NCBI RefSeq assembly: GCF_000186885.1 | Contig: NC_014972.1 | Coordinates: 2,820,001-2,852,000, forward strand | Length of the DNA: 32,000 bases | DNA from: Desulfobulbus propionicus DSM 2032 | GTDB lineage: Bacteria; Desulfobacterota; Desulfobulbia; Desulfobulbales; Desulfobulbaceae | Direction: 5' to 3' | Shown here: in pieces, positions 28,368 to 32,000 of the stretch | Layout of the letters: every line of letters starts with the position of its first letter | Position numbering within the stretch: the stretch's first letter is position 1 | Notes under the pieces: model-generated | Told to the model about the DNA's origin: nothing | The model's input: only the letters and a program-made list of their open reading frames with translations | The model's database searches: none | Program-made: the position numbers and the translations under genes

Positions 28368-30305
28368 ATGCAGACCATGCACACCGTTCTCATCATCGAC
28401 GATGAACCCCGTTTCAGCACCAGCCTGGAAGTTTTGCTCAAAGCGGAAGGATATCAAGTGCATGTGGCTTATTCCGGTGAATCGGCCTTCCATCTATTGC
28501 GGCAGCATGCCTTTTCGGCCGCCCTGGTCGACATCAATCTGCCCGATATCAGTGGCAACCTGATCGCCTCCCGGATCGGCAAGGAACATCCCGAAACAGC
28601 GGTCATCATTCTCACCGGCAACGCCACCGTCGACAGTGCGGTAGAATCGCTTCGCCAAGGGGTCTATGATTATCTGCGCAAGCCCTGCGCCCCGGACCGC
28701 CTGCTGCAGACCTTGGCCAGAGGCATCCAGCACAAGCGGCTCACCATGGATCTGCACAACAGCGAGAAACGGTTCCGCCAATTGGCCCAAGCCACCTGGG
28801 AAGGGATCATCATCTACGATCGGGGCACCTTGCTGCAAACCAACAGCCAATTGTGCAAGATGTTTGGATACGCGGAAACCGAACTGCTGGGCAAGCAGAT
28901 CTTTGATGTTCTCTTGGACCGCAACACCATCCGTGCCTTGGAATTCCCCGCCGACCCGGAAACCATCGGCCCATTCGAGGCGCGCGGGGTGAAAAAGGAC
29001 GGCACCACGTTTCCGGTGGAATTCAGGGTCAAGCACATAGACTACCAAGGCCGCCAGGTACAAGTGGCCGCCATTCGCGACGTCACCGACAGTGAGATTG
29101 CCCTCAAGCAGAAGACCTCGCTCATGGAAAAACTGGCCGATGCCCAGCGGATGGAATCACTTGGCCTCATGGCCAGTTCCGTGGCCCATGATCTCAACAA
29201 CATCCTGGCCGGGATCGTCACCTATCCGGAGTTGCTGCTCATGGACCTGGGCGAGGAGTTCAAATACCGCGAAGAACTGCTGATGATCCGGGAAGCGGGC
29301 AAACGAGCGGCGGCGGTGGTCAACGATCTGCTGACCGTGGCCCGGGGGGCGACCTGCAAGAAAGAAGTGCAGAACGTCAACGATCTGATCACCGGCTACC
29401 TCAATTCGGTGGAATTCAGGGAAATCAGTCAACGCTATCCACAGATCAAGGTGACTCCCTATCTGGAAAGCGCGCTGCACAACATCAGTTGTTCGACCAT
29501 GCATCTGACCAAGTCGATCATGAACCTGGTCAACAACGCCGCCGAGGCGATTCAGGCCCGGGGACAAATCATCCTGGCCACGAAGAACGTGCAACTCACC
29601 GCCCCCCATCACGGCTATGAAACCATTGAGCCGGGCGAATATGTGATGATTTCGGTGGAAGATGACGGCCCCGGCATCTCGCCCCAGGATATGCGGCAGA
29701 TTTTCAGCCCCTTTTACAGCAAGAAGGTCATGGGCCGCAGCGGCACCGGCCTCGGCCTGGCGGTGGTGTGGAACACGATCCACGATCACGGCGGGTTTAT
29801 CGACGTGATCAGCAGCACCACCGGTTCAACCTTTTCCCTCTATTTTCCGGTCAGCAAGTTCGGCGCCTACAAGCCAACCCAGCCAACCCCGGTGATCAGC
29901 CAGTACCAGGGCAATGGCGAACGGGTGCTGGTGGTCGATGACCAGAAGAGCCAGCGGGAAATAGCCAGCCGGCTCCTCTCCCGACTCGGCTACCAGCCGC
30001 TGACCGTGCCCTCGGGCGAAGAAGCCGTCGAATACATAAAAAAAACGCCCGTTGACCTGGTCATCCTCGACATGCTCATGGATCCGGGAATCAACGGCTG
30101 TGAAACCTACGAACAGATTCTCCGTCACGTCCCGGGACAAAAGGCCATCATCACCAGCGGCTATTCCAACGCCGAGGAGATCAATCGGGCCATGAACCTG
30201 GGCATCAGCCAGTTCGTCAAAAAACCGTATTCCCTTTACGAACTCGCCCAAGCCCTGAAAACGGAAATGGCCCCGCCCCACTCCTCGATGTATTCTCAAA
30301 AATAA
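28368..30305 (+). CDS. Hybrid sensor kinase: REC-PAS-HisKA/HATPase-REC
   Basis: N-terminal receiver HTVLIIDDEPRFSTSLEVLLKAEGY...LVDINLPD; PAS/PAC region RQLAQATWEGIIIYDRGTLLQTNSQLCKMFGYAETELLG; H-box LMASSVAHDLNNILAGIVTYPELL; GTGLGLAVVWNTIHDHGG; C-terminal receiver RVLVVDDQKSQREIASRLLSRLGYQ...LVILDMLMDPGINGCETYEQI. Confidence 0.92.
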   Translation: MQTMHTVLIIDDEPRFSTSLEVLLKAEGYQVHVAYSGESAFHLLRQHAFSAALVDINLPDISGNLIASRIGKEHPETAVIILTGNATVDSAVESLRQGVYDYLRKPCAPDRLLQTLARGIQHKRLTMDLHNSEKRFRQLAQATWEGIIIYDRGTLLQTNSQLCKMFGYAETELLGKQIFDVLLDRNTIRALEFPADPETIGPFEARGVKKDGTTFPVEFRVKHIDYQGRQVQVAAIRDVTDSEIALKQKTSLMEKLADAQRMESLGLMASSVAHDLNNILAGIVTYPELLLMDLGEEFKYREELLMIREAGKRAAAVVNDLLTVARGATCKKEVQNVNDLITGYLNSVEFREISQRYPQIKVTPYLESALHNISCSTMHLTKSIMNLVNNAAEAIQARGQIILATKNVQLTAPHHGYETIEPGEYVMISVEDDGPGISPQDMRQIFSPFYSKKVMGRSGTGLGLAVVWNTIHDHGGFIDVISSTTGSTFSLYFPVSKFGAYKPTQPTPVISQYQGNGERVLVVDDQKSQREIASRLLSRLGYQPLTVPSGEEAVEYIKKTPVDLVILDMLMDPGINGCETYEQILRHVPGQKAIITSGYSNAEEINRAMNLGISQFVKKPYSLYELAQALKTEMAPPHSSMYSQK

Positions 30306-30540
30306 TCGCGCCGCGCAACGGGCCACTGGCGGGCCACCCGGCGACCTTCCGGTCTTCCGCCTTCAACGGGAGGAAAGCCCCGTTTCCTCGGCCGGACGTT
30401 CGTGGTATAAGGCTGCGTGACGGATCCCCCCTTCCCCTGGGCCCCCCTGGCGCGACAACCACCCGCCCGAAAAGGCTGCTCGCGGCGGCTCCGCCCTTGT
30501 GCCTGGTTCACGGGCCATGACTTTTTATTGGGAGTTTTCC

Positions 30541-32000
30541 ATGAAACAATTGTTCCGCATCCTCTTTATGCCCCTGTTCTGGCTCTGGAAATTCCTCAGC
30601 TCCGGGTTGTCTGTACTGTCCAACCTTCTTTTCCTGGCCCTTGTCCTGGCGATTCTGACCGTGGCTTTCTACACACCCAAGATCGACGTGCCGGCGGCTT
30701 GCGCCCTGGTGGTGTCCCCGGCAGGAGATATTGTCGAAGAGCGTTCGCCCATGGATCCCATGACCAGGATACTGGGGCATCTGTCCGGAACACCCCTTGA
30801 AAAGGATACCTTTCTCCAGGACATCCTTGATGGGGTGAACGCGGCCAGTGGGGACGCCCGCATCAAAATGCTGGTCATCAACACCAATCGCATGGGCGGC
30901 GCCAGCCTTGACCAGCTGCGGGCCATCGGGACCGCGGTGGAGGCGTTCAAGAAGACGGGCAAGGAGGTGATCGCCTTGGGCGACAGCTTCAACCAGGCCC
31001 AATACTATCTGGCTTCCTGGGCCGACAAAATCTATCTCCATCCCATGGGAGCGGTCGACATCCGCGGCTTTTCCGTGTTCCGGCTCTACCTGCGGGAGAT
31101 GCTCGACAAACTGGCGATCAACATGCACGTGTTCCGCGTCGGCACCTTCAAATCGGCGGTGGAGCCGTTTCTCCGCAACGACATGTCCCCGGAAGACAGG
31201 GAAGCCAACAGCTTGTGGCTGGGCAACCTGTGGCAGGTCTATCGCGACGATATCGTTCGGCACCGCAAACTCGACGCCGAGGTGTTCGTCGACAACGTCA
31301 ACCAGATGGTCACGCAGCTGGCCTCGGTGGGCGGTGACCGTGGCCGTCTGGCCGTGGCCACAGGCCTGGTGGACGGCCTGAAGAGCCATCAGGAACTGGA
31401 ACAACTGCTCAAGGAGCACATCGGGGTTTCGGCCGATGCAAAGAGTTTCCGCCATATCGCCCTCAGCGATTATCTGCAGACCTTCCCCTCCTCCTATGTC
31501 GACACCAAGGGAAAGAAAGAGCTGATCGGCATCATCGCCGCCTCGGGCAACATCCTGCCCGGCGAGGGGGCGGTTGGCCAGATCGGTGCCGACGACCTGA
31601 TCAAGCGTATCCGCAAGGCTCGGCAGGATCAGCGAATCAAGGCCATCGTCTTGCGTATCACCACCGGCGGCGGCAGCGCCCTTGCCTCGGAACTGATCCG
31701 CCAGGAGCTGGCGCAGGCAAAAAAAGAAGGAAAAATCGTGGTGGTGTCCATGGGGGCCATGGCCGCCTCGGGCGGCTACTGGCTGGCGGCCGATGCCGAC
31801 CTGATCGTGGCCGCGCCGACCACCCTCACCGGCTCGATCGGCATCTTCGGGGCCGTGCCCACGGTGGAGAAAACCCTGGCCAACCTGGGCATCCACGGCG
31901 ACGGGGTGGGCACCACCGATATCGCCCACTTCGGCAACCCGGCCACGACCATGAGCCCCGAGGAAGAAACCGCCCTGCACATGGAGGTGATGCAGGGCTA
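30541..32000 (+). CDS. sppA: Signal peptide peptidase SppA, 67K type, truncated by window end
   Basis: MKQLFRILFMPLFWLWKFLSSGLSVLSNLLFLALVLAILTVAFYTPKIDVP (membrane anchor); VFRVGTFKSAVEPFLRNDMSPEDRE; VVVSMGAMAASGGYWLAADADLIVAAPTTLTGSIGIFG. GGAG upstream of the ATG at 30541. Confidence 0.93.
   Translation, partial: MKQLFRILFMPLFWLWKFLSSGLSVLSNLLFLALVLAILTVAFYTPKIDVPAACALVVSPAGDIVEERSPMDPMTRILGHLSGTPLEKDTFLQDILDGVNAASGDARIKMLVINTNRMGGASLDQLRAIGTAVEAFKKTGKEVIALGDSFNQAQYYLASWADKIYLHPMGAVDIRGFSVFRLYLREMLDKLAINMHVFRVGTFKSAVEPFLRNDMSPEDREANSLWLGNLWQVYRDDIVRHRKLDAEVFVDNVNQMVTQLASVGGDRGRLAVATGLVDGLKSHQELEQLLKEHIGVSADAKSFRHIALSDYLQTFPSSYVDTKGKKELIGIIAASGNILPGEGAVGQIGADDLIKRIRKARQDQRIKAIVLRITTGGGSALASELIRQELAQAKKEGKIVVVSMGAMAASGGYWLAADADLIVAAPTTLTGSIGIFGAVPTVEKTLANLGIHGDGVGTTDIAHFGNPATTMSPEEETALHMEVMQG

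Noticed and set aside
30306-30540. 235-nt GC-rich gap before sppA (GGGCCACTGGCGGGCCACCCGG, C-runs)
   Set aside because: Short GC-rich repeats only. No convincing hairpin with a U-tract, no ORF or RNA family signature that I can support.
30508-31980. 490-aa minus-strand ORF opposite sppA
   Set aside because: Antisense shadow. The plus strand has SppA motifs and an RBS.
1-32000. CRISPR arrays, toxin-antitoxin pairs, transposases, integrases, retrons or defence genes
   Set aside because: Looked for direct-repeat arrays and hallmark protein motifs on both strands and found none. The window reads as conserved core chromosome.

Overview
This 32 kb window looks like ordinary bacterial chromosome. 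The style suggests a Desulfobulbaceae-like deltaproteobacterium/Desulfobacterota, which is inference only. It is dominated by housekeeping genes. Minus-strand blocks: NAD-dependent epimerase (partial), long class II aldolase, tatC, murA, prmC, prfA, rpmE, rho, coaE, rluD-family, carD, pth, rplY, prs, tRNA-Gln(TTG), ispE, DUF1844-like, and later a fuculose-type class II aldolase with mtnA. Plus-strand blocks: NtrC/PilR-like regulator with PilS-like kinase, gltX, glnS, feoA, Cys-rich feoA-like, FeoB-associated Cys-rich peptide, feoB, HDOD-GAF-histidine kinase, REC-PAS-HK-REC hybrid kinase, sppA (partial). I saw no CRISPR array, transposon, prophage or defence island, and I cannot defend a claim of a wholly new system. 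The items most worth follow-up are: (1) tatC split in two frames exactly at a T9 homopolymer; (2) an mtnA plus class II aldolase pair that looks like a 5'-deoxynucleoside (DHAP shunt) salvage module; (3) an HDOD-GAF-histidine kinase next to a REC-PAS-HK-REC hybrid; (4) a feo locus with two FeoA-type proteins, one with a Cys-rich N-terminus, separated by a perfect 14-bp hairpin; (5) a roughly 400 nt intergenic leader upstream of rho.
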